In this document: piece after piece, positions 38,546 through 51,119 of the stretch | Numbering within the stretch: position 1 is the first letter of the stretch | How the letters are laid out: every line of letters starts with the position of its first letter | DNA from: Rhizophagus irregularis | Taxonomy: Eukaryota | Assembly: GCF_026210795.1 (NCBI RefSeq) | Contig: NC_089432.1 | Span: forward strand, 4,960,001 to 5,024,000 | DNA length: 64,000 bases | Reading direction: 5' to 3' | Translations under genes and position numbers: made by a program | The notes under the pieces: model-generated | What the model was told of the DNA's origin: nothing | What the model saw: only the letters and a program-made list of their open reading frames with translations | The model's database searches: none

Positions 38546-40452
38546 TAAATAATTAAAAATTATTAAAATTTAAATAATATATAAATATACCTTATTCAAG
38601 AATGCTTTCTGAATTTTCATTTTTGGATAAGTCTGGATAATTCTCAACTGTAAATATTCATAATAAACTTTTGTGGTAAGATTATGCACTAAATTTTTAT
38701 CTTTAAAATATAAATGCGCTGTTTTTAGTACATTTAAAAATGTAGAAAATACAGTAGATAACGTTATATTAATTAAATTATATAATTTTATTAGAATACG
38801 TACCAAATTATGTTAATGTAAGTGCATCATTACATTTAAGTAATCGTAGTACGGTACCTAAGCAGATTATTAAAAGAAAACTACTTAAGTATAATTTAAA
38901 CAATTTAAACAAACGTTTACTAAATTTAAGTATATAAGTATATTTAACGTACTTACTTGGCTGAAACATAGCCGCACTAATCTATCATTATTAATCCATC
39001 ACTACTACCTTGAAATAAAAAGAAGTCATCTCTAACGTACAATGTAAATTCAAAATCGACTCAATGAGATAAGTGTGTTTCTATATTATTGAATCTAGTA
39101 TTGTTTCTAGCTTGGATTTTGTTTATGAAATATAAAAGTAATTATTATTCAATATTGTTTGAATACTAAGATTAATTACACACAATTTTAATACTTTTTT
39201 TTAAAAAAAAATTACTAAATTAAATCACGAATAAAAAAAAATTTTATGCGTAAATTTTTCTATTTTCTACTCGTAAATGTTTTTTAATTTAATTCACATC
39301 TTATTTTGGCAGATTTTTAATCGAATCGTTTTTACCAATATTTTTCCAGCAGGCTCGTCTTTCTTTTAAATATTTTATTTTATATAATTATAAATTATTA
39401 AAACTTATGTCAAGAAAATGGAGTCAACAAAAAAAATTACAATAAAATAATAATTAATGAACAATTAAAAAAATAGTAGCAAAAAAAGTACACTTTTTTA
39501 TTAGTTTATTCAACAAAATGTATAATAATAATAATAAATAATCAAAAGTAAAAAAAAATAAAAAATTAATTAAAAAAGATTGATTTTCGAAAAAAAAAAG
39601 ATTATATAAATAGGTATTGAGATAAAAAACAAAAATGAAAAAAAATAATTGAAAAAAATTAAGCCAAATAATTAAAAAATACTTTTTTCGGGTTGAAAAA
39701 AAAGAACCAAAAAAAAAAATAGAAAAATAAATTATAAAAAAAGAACAATATTAAGATAAGTATTAATTATACTAAAAATATTTTATTTATTCCTGATCAC
39801 CAAAAGGTGAAAAAGCAAAATAATTTTTTAAAAAATTATTAAGGAAAAAAAGATATTCAGCAATGTCAATACGATCACTGATCCAAACCTAAAGTGGAAA
39901 AGAACAAAAAAAAGGGAATCTTTAAAGAAAAAAGAAAAATAATTAAATAATTAAAAATCCGGTTTAAAAAACCGTGAAAGAAAAAAAAAATATTATAAAG
40001 AACCCAGACTTAAAAGAACCGGAAGAAAGGGAAAAAATTTTTTAAAAAATTCTGGCCGCCGTCATCTTGGTTTAACCGTTACAAAAAAAAAAAATTCCAG
40101 TTTAATAGGAAATGAATAAATTCAGTTTAACCATCATTTAAAAGTAAAAAACCAAAGGGAAAAACATAATTATGACCTTCGACAGCAATCTAACCATAAT
40201 AAACACAGAACAGATCAGGCGCAGATACATCACGGGGTTCCATGTTACACAATTCAATTATTTATATTTTAGTTATCATGTCATTTATTGCGGTACTGCG
40301 GTTAATAGAGATTGTGTGACAATAACTAGAGAAAATACTTATAATGGGGTTATTTCCGTTATTCCGTTAACGTGCTCAATAAAACTTTACAGCTTTTTTA
40401 CTATTTTATTTTTGCATTTTTTAAACTTTTTCTGTCAATATAATGATTCAGT

Positions 40453-42407
40453 ATGTCTGATAATACTAAAAAGGTGCAAAATACCGAAAATACAAATGAA
40501 TGGATTAATTGGATTGAAGAAGCTGTTGAGGTAAAGAACATTTAAATTTTTATGAATAACCAATTTACTAACATTCAAGAAATTAGTGCTGGTGGTTTCT
40601 GGAAAGTGTACCGTGCAAATTGGAAAAATACAGTAAAACAATTAGTGTTAATCACGTCATCATGAAAGAAATTGTTTGTGAGATAATTTATTATATATAA
40701 TACAATTTTTTTTTTGACAATGTTTTTATTAGCCTATATTATATTTATTAATTAACGTAAAGTTGATTTTTATAATAATATTATTCGTTGCCATGGAATA
40801 ATAAAATTTGAATCAGGTATTACCGTAGTATAATACTTTAATAAATAATATATTTCAAATTTATTCATTTCAATAATTATTTCTTTTTTTTTTAGAAAAT
40901 CAAATTAGTTATAATTATATGATGGTAGTGGAATACTCTGACGGCGATAGTCTTCGAAATTATTTAAAGGAAAATTTTAATAAACTTACCTGGGACGATA
41001 ATACCTTATGGCGTACCAGTTGGCTTGCGCTGTATCATGTTTACATAATGAGAAGATTATCCATCGTGATTTGGTAATTATTATTTTAATCGTTGTTGGA
41101 AATTCAATGCTTTCATTTACTCATTTAGTATATACTCTTTAATAGCACTCCGGCAATATATTAGTCCATACAAATTGGCGGATCAAAAAGAATCGGAGCA
41201 TCATCCAACTTTCAATCTAAATTATTTGGGATGACCTTTATGTTGATCCGGAAAATTTTAGCAGGAAAAGAAATAATAATGACCAAAGTATTCATTAAAT
41301 GAAAAAAGTGATGTTTACAGTGTTGGAGTATTATTATGGGAAATATCTAGTGGTCAACCAGGACCCAGAAATATATATATAGGGGTCAGGTGGCGAAAAA
41401 TTTTTTTACTATGAGCTGTACGCAGAGACTTTTTATATGAGTAGTACGCATAATTGACACCTGATATTGAAAATCCTGCAAAAATACGCAAATAAAATTT
41501 CAGACATTAAGTTATTAATTATTTTATCATGGCTTCTCTATTATTTATAAAACCAAATACTAATGTGAAAAAATAGAATTTACCATTTTTTCAATAATAT
41601 TTTTCTAAAATTTCACTTTTAACCATTAGAAATTTCTTTCAATTAATACTAAATATTACAATGCAGTTAATTAAATAAGTACGTACAATAAAAATATTTT
41701 ATATATAAGATTAGCCAAATTTAGGCCAAAAATACGCAAACTAATTTTTTACATATAAAAATTTTGATAAAAAATACGCAATCTTGATGACCTAACTATA
41801 GATGAAAAATTCTAAAATTGTACGCAAATCAAAACTTTACTCCGTCTAATTCCACTATGATGGCGACGCATCTGTGTACCCTACCCCTGTATATATATTT
41901 CTGGGTCCTGGTCAACCTTCTTTTTATGCTAAAGGTGAACATTATGATGTTGGTTTAATTTTGGAGATTTCGCAAGGTCTTAGAAAGACGGTTGTTCCTG
42001 ATACACCCGAATATTATTAGAAATTTATAATAGTAAGTAAAATATCAAATTTAAATAATTTAAATATAACCAGAGTATTATCATAATTAATCTTAAATTA
42101 TAATTTATTTGTTTAGAATGCTGGGATGGTGAACCTACGGAAAATCCTCAATTATCAAATGGGCAAGAACTTAATGAGGTTCCTTTAAGTACCAATATTT
42201 CAGAATTACAAGGAGAATTGTCTCAACTTATTCAAAATTTTAATAAAATGAATACAATAAAATTAATAATATAGCAATATCCTTAACTGAAAAAGATTTT
42301 AACTGAATAGTTGATGGAACAAATGATATAATTCTTAAATTATTAAATAAAGGAATTAAATTTAAATTAGCAAAGGAACAAGTCATTAAATATTTTAGTA
42401 ATTATAC
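40453..42407 (+). pseudogene. Kinase-Sel1 gene K6, frameshifted, MITE-interrupted and truncated before the Sel1 repeats
   Basis: Colinear with paralogs but with indels, stops, a mutated first donor (GAG|AT), a MITE in exon 4 and loss of homology after ~42407. Confidence 0.88.
41359..41910. mobile_element. 552-bp MITE in K6 exon 4
   Basis: TIR CAGGACCCAGAAATATATATA(T/C)AGGGGT; flanked by GTCAAC twice; removal restores AGTGGTCAACCT as in paralogs. Confidence 0.9.
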
Positions 42408-42719
42408 TGTATGTAATTATTTATTATTTGAATACTAAAAATATAAAAGCTTGCATAATTTTGTTTTTACAATAATACCCAAAACCTTAAAGATAAACAT
42501 TGATTTTTTCACATAGTAGTAATATACCATTATTATCAAATACTATAACGATAATATATAAATCTTTCCATTTTCTGCTTGTACTAAGTCTAATGTTTAA
42601 AATCTACTAAGTATACCTATCCTATCCATTACCTACTTAATTAAAACCAAGCAATCTGATTGCTGAGTATATCTTTACTGAGTCCGGTCTGATGATCTTT
42701 CTGAGTCCAGGCATGTAAA

Positions 42720-45700
42720 TTTTTAGCACAGTCATGTGAATTTTGATGCAGACCGAATTTAAACTTTGATAAACTTCGCTACCATCGGATGAATTACAGC
42801 TGTTTTCATAAGACCTGGGACAAACCAAATTTTTGAACCCGATCTGCCAATCTGCTGATCCGGTATTTTTAGCTGGGCACGTGATCCTGATTTGATAGTT
42901 TGGTTTGTAAAATAAATAACTGAACCAGATCGGTAAAAAAAAAACTCTTTCCCACAAAAATCTGGAACAAAATTTCATGAAGTTGGACGTTTTATTTTTA
43001 TTACAAAAAACTTTTTTTCCATTTATTTTTCTAACCCTTTTCTTGGAAAGAGTATTAAGATATACTTTATTTACTTTTAAAAGATACACCCAACATTTTT
43101 AAATAGTTTTTCATCATATTTTCTTCCTGTTGCTTTTCGTATAAAAAATAAGGAACAATATTAGGTTCACAACAGTATTCACAAATATCCCTTCTTTCCT
43201 TATAATATTATGGAAACCTCTCAAAAGGACTTATGTACGGAGAACACTAAACCCAAAGGACCTCAAGAAGGCTCCAAAGCTATCGTTCATTTATACCACC
43301 CTTGCAATACTTACACCTTTTCTTTTTACACTAAAAGACTCAACCTCAACCCCTATGTGGTGTTGGACACACGTGGTAGTGGCACCCTATATAATACCAA
43401 AAAAGCTAGATACTTCCTAATGGAGTTAGACAAAGATGCTGATTTCAATTAAATAAGGAAAAATTTTTTCAACATTTACACCAATGATATTGATATGACG
43501 CATGATCATCATAGGATCTTCAATTCAAGTAGTAAAAAACTCAACATATATCAATTACCTAATAGGGACATACCTCACATTCACCTTTGCTATTAATTGC
43601 CAATTTTCATTTGACATTGTTAAAAAATATTTCAAACGTTTATGCCAATTACTTTTGGACAAATTTATGTCCATAAAAAATAGATTATCTTCAACATCTT
43701 CTAAAAATAGACAGACTAAAACTTTTATCTGGTTCAGTTCCAGGTCCCATGTGATTTACCTGGGATTTTATTTTCCTTGTGGAAACAATAACTACTATGG
43801 CAATATAGATTACTGCTTCCAACCCACTGCCTTCATTATGTCACAAAACTGCTGGAAGTGTAATGCACATCTCTGCCTATCTTAACGGTCACTTTTGACG
43901 AACAGCTTGAAGAAAAATTTCCAAAAAATCCACACGTTTATAAAGATTTAACCAACAATGGAATCCCCGAGCAAAAAAAGTTCACTTAACACGCTTAGGT
44001 GTATTATATGAAGTTATCATTAAAAGATATTGTGATTACAAAGGAAAAAAAGATAAAGACCTTAAGATGGTCATAGAACCTATTACCATTCTTACCAAAA
44101 AAGGCATCCCTATGACTCAGCCTTATTATAAAGAATATAGAAACCTAACATTTGATATTGTTCGATTCTCACAGCAAATTAAACATTGGAATCATTTGAA
44201 ACAAAAGACTATAAAAATGGAATGCTGTACAATATACACCAAACCATTTTTACTGAAAGAACAAACAAGGCATTGTCCAGAATCAGTCGTCTTCAAACAA
44301 TTATGTCACTGTGTTGATAAAGCTCTGATACATCCATCATACAAAGGTAGAATTGACAAAGAAAAAGTTATACTATGACATACTAAGAATTGGTTACAAA
44401 GAATTAAAAAATGCAACAAATTCAAGAAAAAGCTACCACCTTTACCTACTGATTTTACGGGTGATACCCGTAAATATTACTTTGATACATACAACATTAA
44501 CCTCTTCAACTACAAAGTTAGATGCTGATTTGATGTGTCTAATATTCCCCAATATAACTACGGTTATGAAAAAGCTCAACTCCTTTACAAAAATTTTTTA
44601 AACAGATGTTTTCACCCGCTTATCATAGAAAAGTCACCTCAATATGATGCAGAAAACAATATTTTTTTCATTTCAGATTACTATTGCGAAATCATCAATG
44701 ATGATTCAACTTTCTTTAATAGAACTACACCACCTCTGGATTATCCTCTTCCCAATAACAGAAGACCTAAACGTCCTCTTAGAAAGAAATGAACTTAAAC
44801 ATTAGAATGCCTGCCCACACCTGGGCAGGATCATTGATCGTATTTATACAATAATATATACCCTTAAAATAATCACAGACCTAACATAATATATCATTTT
44901 GGATATAACAGTATTTACATACAATAGCTAGTTAATAGTTAAAAGAAAAATACGAATGACTTGACTTGAATTCCCTTTTGTTCTTTTTTTTGTTCGTCTC
45001 CTTTCATTGTCCATTTGATTTATTAGTATAGTCCTAGTTTTTCAAATAGTTTGACCAAAGGGTGAGGTCCCATAGGGGATGAAGTTCTGAATCCTATACA
45101 CGTATATTAGTAGATAGACATGCAAATGAATTCTCACTTATATTTGTAGTAGTTTTGGTACTACCACTCTTGTAGTAATAAAATAAAATAAAATAAAATA
45201 AATGAACCAGATTAGTGGGTTAGTGGTAAGGATGGTCACCAGTTCTAGAAAACTGAGATCTTACTGGTCCTACACCCAAAAAAGACAGACTGGTCCATTT
45301 CATATGAGACTGTGGTCTTTCGATCCTAGGTTAATTCAGGCCAGATACATAGTGTCAGCCGGAATTACTAAATGTGACAAGCACGTGATCCCGAATAAAT
45401 AGTTTAGCTACCAGGCAAAAATTTTTTTACTGGTTCTGTGATTGTAACACAAAATTTTTGTGTTACACTTACTTGTAATTCTGACTGGCACTATAAATTC
45501 AGCCTGAATTAACAGCAAGACTGATGAAAAGACTGAAAGACCACAGTCTGGTCTTAAGACTGGCAGTCCTGGAACTGAATAGAACCAGTAGGACCAATGA
45601 CTATCTTTAGTTAGCAGTTGGGTTCAAAAATTTATTTTGTCCCAGTTCTTATGAAAACAGCTGTAACTGTGCTGAGTCCTGTGATTTTGATCAATCAGAT

Positions 45701-46046
45701 CGAACTAAATTTATTTTTTTTCTTGTACATATTTAATAATTATTAGTTTAGATTTTTTTATACAATAAAATGATTAAAAACTTTAACAAAAATTAATTGC
45801 ATCTTAATTTATTGAAGCAAGAAGTTCCTAGCAATTTATACTATATCCTTATTAAAACCATTATTTCATTAAATATTTAAAAGTAAAAAAATTTTTTTAT
45901 AATAACTCTCATTATAAAGTGAAAGTAAAAAAAAAGTCATGTAAATCAAGCTCTATAATCAATTGGTGAATTGGATTTTAAGTGAATCACTGGATCGCAA
46001 GGTCTGATAATCTGGACCCAAATTTACATGACTGTGCTAAAAAATA
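42720..46046. mobile_element. Degenerate inverted-repeat element hosting B1
   Basis: TTTTTAGCACAGTCATGTGAATTT pairs with AAATTTACATGACTGTGCTAAAAA; inner pair at 42790-42840 and 45620-45670; TSD unclear. Confidence 0.55.
42931..45202 (+). mobile_element. Family B non-autonomous retroposon, copy B1 (degraded ORF)
   Basis: TSD TGAACCAGAT (42921-42930, 45203-45212); 5' GGT(A)10CTCTTTCCC; (TAAAA)n tail; ORF fragments 43210-44792 homologous to B2. Confidence 0.8.
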
Positions 46047-46098
46047 AATGTAATCTAGTAAATGTGTTTTCATATTATCAAAGCTAGTATTAGATCAA

Positions 46099-49048
46099 GT
46101 TTATTTATTTATTTATTTTATTACTAAAAGAGTAGTAGAACCAGACTATTACAAATAAAAGAAAAAAGAATTCGAAAAAAAACTTAAACCTAATATGTGT
46201 ATATAGAACTTTGTTCTTCATCCCCTACGGGACCTCACTCTTTGATCTGTACTATTTGATAAAGTAGGACTATGCTAATTAATCAAATGGAAACCATAAA
46301 AAAACCATCCAAAAAACTAGCTACTATTTACAAAAAAGAAAAATTAAAAGGGCAAGTATATGTAGTCTAACTCTATCCTACAGCAATCAAAATTAATAAA
46401 AAATTAAGATCCGTATTTTCCTTTCAACTAAGGTTACCACCTGTGAATACTGTAAGAGGTGAAGTGGTTTACACTATTTTAAGTTGTGTTATTCGTATGA
46501 TAACGTAATACGTATACTTTTTGTCAAAATGACAAAATACTAATTAAATTTATTTTGACAGACGTAATGTATTTTGATAGATGTAATTAATTCATAGTAA
46601 TTTTATAATAAATAGTGAATTGGTCCATTCACCAAAATATAATGTAATTAATTAGCGGAGAAGTATAGTAATATGAACTAAAATGTAGACTAAACTACTA
46701 GATAAGGGTATCGTACTCCTGATATAAGAATACTAATATATATAATATATAAATTTTAATCATGCTTAAAACCTGAAGATCCAATTGCCAGGGAGTCAAT
46801 ATCTGTAACTGGTGTGAGACAGAGTCATTTCATTTTGTAATTCTGAAATGAGAAATAATGATTCTTATTGTGAACATCGTCATGTTTATTAGGTTGATAT
46901 TCAATAGCTGCTGTATCATCAGATACTATGGCGAATGTGTGGGTAGGATATTTCATAGTTCTTTGAGTTCGAAGATTATTTTTCTTGAGAAAATTGGTGA
47001 GTTTTTTATCTAAGGAAGCTCAACTTAGGCCTTGTTGATGTCTATTGTCTCTGTTTACCAAGTAATTAGGTATATAACTATGAAAACTTTCTGATGCATG
47101 CGTTAGAGATGCGATGTTATTAACATGAGCATTATAATGCTTTGGAGTCATTCCATGATATGTTGCTTCTGCTTCCAACTTTAGTCTGTTGATTCTATGT
47201 TGTTGACTTTTTTCTACAATATGTGACGGTACATAAATTCCCATAATGTCAAAACGGTATATTGGAGTTCTTGTGATATATTTGCCTCTTGTATTATAGC
47301 GTGAAGTCTTATCTTCAGATGGATAAAAAGATTCATCAACATTGTACATATAAGTAAACCACTCACAAGATTCAGGAACCACATAACGATCGTTCACATA
47401 AATCAGATCTTTTGGTATAATATCATGGTATTTTGTAGGTATGAATACATCCAGAATCGGGTTGTAATCAACAGGTGGTACTGAAGGACTAAAAAGCATT
47501 GACGCTTGATTGAGTTTCATCATGATTTGTTTCTTATAATTTGAATCTATCACAAAATAAGGAACCAAAAATGGATAATCGTCAGCGTTCAGAATCAAAT
47601 GAGATTGTTTGTACAATAAATATCGAATGAGTACTTTGACATATTGAGATTTCAAGAATAAAAAATGATATTTGCACACCATCGCCAAATAATCCTGATT
47701 TTTAGCCTTACGATTGAATGGTAATCGCATTTTATTAAATACACGACGGCAAGTGCATTTAAAACATATATTTTGCTGTTTTTGCGTCCGTAAATTATGA
47801 TTTAAGGTGTATTGGAAGTTGGACAAAGTTTTTTGATACATATGTCTATTGCCCAGTTTCGTGATAAAAGAGAATCTCTAGCATGAATATTACTATTATA
47901 GGAAATACCCAGTTGTCTAGAGGTAATACGTTTTAATTTATCATCAAGCCATCTGTAATATAATAAATTTGCATAAGAGGCCTTGTTATTAACGAAATCT
48001 GTTGGTACATGTTCCGATTTCTGTTCATTTTTAGGTTTGATATTCTGGAAACATTGTGTTTTTGCAAAAATATGTTGATAAGTGACGCATGCGCTTCTAT
48101 ATTGTGATATGACAAACGGAGTAGAAACATCACACTGTATATCTTTGTGAAAATGTTTAGAGTTATTGATATGAGGGCAAGAATTGAATATGCCAAATAA
48201 AAGTGACATTTCTTATAAGTGAAATTAAAAAAAGATTTTGTAGAATAATTTCTATTGGTTGTACTAGAAGTACGTGAGCTTATTATTTTAATTCTATCCA
48301 ATAATTTGTTACGTAAGAAATTAAAATATTTATCTTGTATATGACGAGGAATAACTCTTTGTGAAGAAAAAAAATGCGTAAGCATACAGCTAATTTGATA
48401 TTTGTGGCTGGAAAATGAACTTGTGTTGATATAATAAATCAGTTTAGTCTTCATATGATAATCATTTGTGTGTATCTTCAAATGAATTTCATTGGCGTTT
48501 TGATTCTGATGATTAGCAAGCTCAAAAAAGAAACTCCTAGATCGGCGGATTTCATAAATCTTGTTATAACCAGATTGGTTTGGCGTAGTCACGTGAAATT
48601 TTTTCAGGGAGACCAAGAGAGTATTTTTTTCTGGTCCTTAGGTAATTTTTTTGAAAAAAAATTATTATTTTGTTGAATAGAGTTATTATTAACTGGAAAA
48701 TAATCATCAATATCCAGGGCAAAAATATCCTTTGTTGTGAGAACATTTGACATGTCGTCTTCAGGTGGGTGGTATTGATAGTCATCTACTGACGGTGAAG
48801 GTTCACCTAGTTGAATAAAAGAGTGTGAATAACTAGACCAGTCTATTTTGACATAATTTGAAGAAGTCATATTCCTTTAGGTATGGAAATAATAAGAACA
48901 GAAAAACCTCGTATTGCGACCAGCGGCGCCCAGTTGGGCCTCCTCCCCTTTGAAGTTTTCTTAGAAAACTATAAAAATGAACACAACGCTATATTACTGC
49001 AAAAAATTATCAAAAATAAAAAAGGGAAAGAGTTTTTTTTTTTCCTAT
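46099..49048 (-). mobile_element. Family B non-autonomous retroposon, copy B2 (frameshifted ORF ~48870-46830)
   Basis: TSD TAGTATTA(G/A)ATCAA (46085-46098, 49049-49062); 5' GG(A)11CTCTTTCCC; (TAAA)n tail; overlapping ORFs 48604-48870, 47933-48616, 47802-48209, 47020-47841. Confidence 0.82.
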
Positions 49049-49447
49049 TAGTATTAAATCAAATTAACGTTGTGACACGCCCCATAGGATATTAAAATAA
49101 AATATCATATGTTGCCACCGACGTGTTAAGTTCGAATAATATCTATGCTTGGTTTAAGAATAAAATTAGTTACAAAACATTAATAAACCATTAATTAAAA
49201 ATAATTAATGTGGCACTTTTTGCTCATAAGAAAAAGGCTAAAAGAATGTGTTAGTTTATTATTAAGGACGAACTAAAATTTTTATTTTCCAAAAATTGAA
49301 CTGCGGAATTTCCTATCGAAATCCACTTGTATTTATACATTTTTAAGAAAAATATTTCTCATATTTTCTATCTTTTCTAATAAAATTTGAAGATCTATTA
49401 TCATATGTCTATCTCGTTACACTAAACTAAACTATAAATATAATTTT

Positions 49448-49505
49448 ATCGGCTAATTATTTACCCATCGGTTAATTATTTATCCTTCGGCTAATTATTT
49501 ATCCT
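49448..49505. repeat. 19-bp tandem repeat, 3 copies
   Basis: (A/T)TCGG(C/T)TAATTATTTA(C/T)CC units. Confidence 0.8.
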
Positions 49506-49921
49506 TATTCTATTTTATTGTATTTTTCAATTATTACAACGTCTATGAAATTGTAACTGTTACGCAAAATCTTGCTCACATGATTTCTGATGTCATATGA
49601 CTATCTGATATACAGTACATTTGTGTATATGTCGATTTCTGATTATATTGATATACAACTGCAGATTTTTTTTTTTTTTTAAATAGTAATGCACTTTATT
49701 AAGATATTTAGGATTTAAAATAAATCCATAACTGTATACAAAAGCACTTAGAGCAAAAAAAGTTCGAGACCTTCTAAATCCTATAACTGAGTTAACCTAT
49801 CTAAAATTCTAATATAAAATCTAAACTAATACATTGTGTTCGATTCTATAATTATTTTGTTTAATTACGTTACTATTCTAAAGTTTATATGATGTTTTTG
49901 GATTTTTTGCTATTTTCTATG

Positions 49922-51119
49922 TAAAGCTCCGAACGGTTCCGGTTTGAACCGGGAACCGATCCGGAACCGGCAAAAAATTCGGTTCGGTTCTCGGTTCTGT
50001 TTTGGACTTGGAACCGTCCGGTTCGGTTCGGTTCTATCCGAAATTAAGAAAAAATGCGAAAAAACGAATATACGACTATCCAGTGATCGTACAAGGACGA
50101 GCCATAGCTCGTTGGAATCCTCTCATCGAGACGCGTCGAATGGTGGTAAAATCAAGTCTCTAGCATCGATAGATCACGAGATAGCACATGGTGAGTGTTT
50201 CTTAAAAAATTTGCATTAGAAAACGATCCATTGATGCTAGAGACATGAATTTACCACCATTCGACGCATCTCGACGTGACGAATCTAATGAGCTATAATT
50301 CGTCCTTTTACAATCACTGGATGGTCGTGTATTCGTTTTTTCGCATTTTTTTTTAAATTTTCGAATGTCAAAAATTAAAATTCTGATACAAGCGATTAAA
50401 CGCCATCTATTGATCACACAAAGACGAATATTAGCTCATTGGATTCGTCTCACTGAGACGAGTCGAATGGTGGTAAAATGATGTCACTAGCATCGATAGA
50501 TCGTTTTCTAATGCGAATTGTTTAAGAAACACTCACCATGGGCTATCTCACGATCTATCGATGCTAGAGACTTGATTTTACCACCATTCGACTCGTGTCA
50601 GTGAGACGAATCCAATGAGCTAAAATCGTCTTTGTGTGATCAATAGATGGCGTTTAATCGCTTGTATCGGAATTTTAATTTTTGACGTTCAAAAATTTAA
50701 AAAAAAATGCGAAAAAACGAATATACGACCATCCAGTGATTGCAAAAAGACGAATTATAGCTCATTAGATTCGTCTCGTTGAGATGCGTCGAATGGTGGT
50801 AAATTCATGTCTCTAGCATCAATGGATCGTTTTCTAATACAAATTTTTTAAGAAACACTCGCCATGTTCTATCTCGTGATCTATCGATGCTAGAGACTTG
50901 ATTTTACCACCATTCGACGCGTCTCGATGAGAGGATTCCAACGAGATATGGCTCGTCCTTGTACGATCTCTGGATGGTCGTGTATTCATTTTTTCGCATT
51001 TTTCTTAATTTCGGATAGAACCGAACTGAACCGGACGGTTCCGGTTCGGTTCCATTTCGGTTTTCGGTTCTACCCGAACTGCAAAAAAACCGAACCGAAC
51101 CGACCCGTTCGGAGCTTTA
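49922..51119. mobile_element. hAT-type foldback MITE, almost wholly palindromic
   Basis: TIR TAAAGCTCCGAACGG; 8-bp TSD TTTCTATG (49914-49921, 51120-51127); GAACCG/CGGTTC subterminal repeats; inner arms ~50025-50500 and ~50550-51030 are reverse complements. Confidence 0.92.

Noticed and set aside
45055..45090. Hammerhead or twister ribozyme in the family B 3' UTR
   Set aside because: TGAG-stem-GAAG only loosely resembles the hammerhead core; CTGANGA, GAAA and the flanking stems are missing, and twister motifs are absent.
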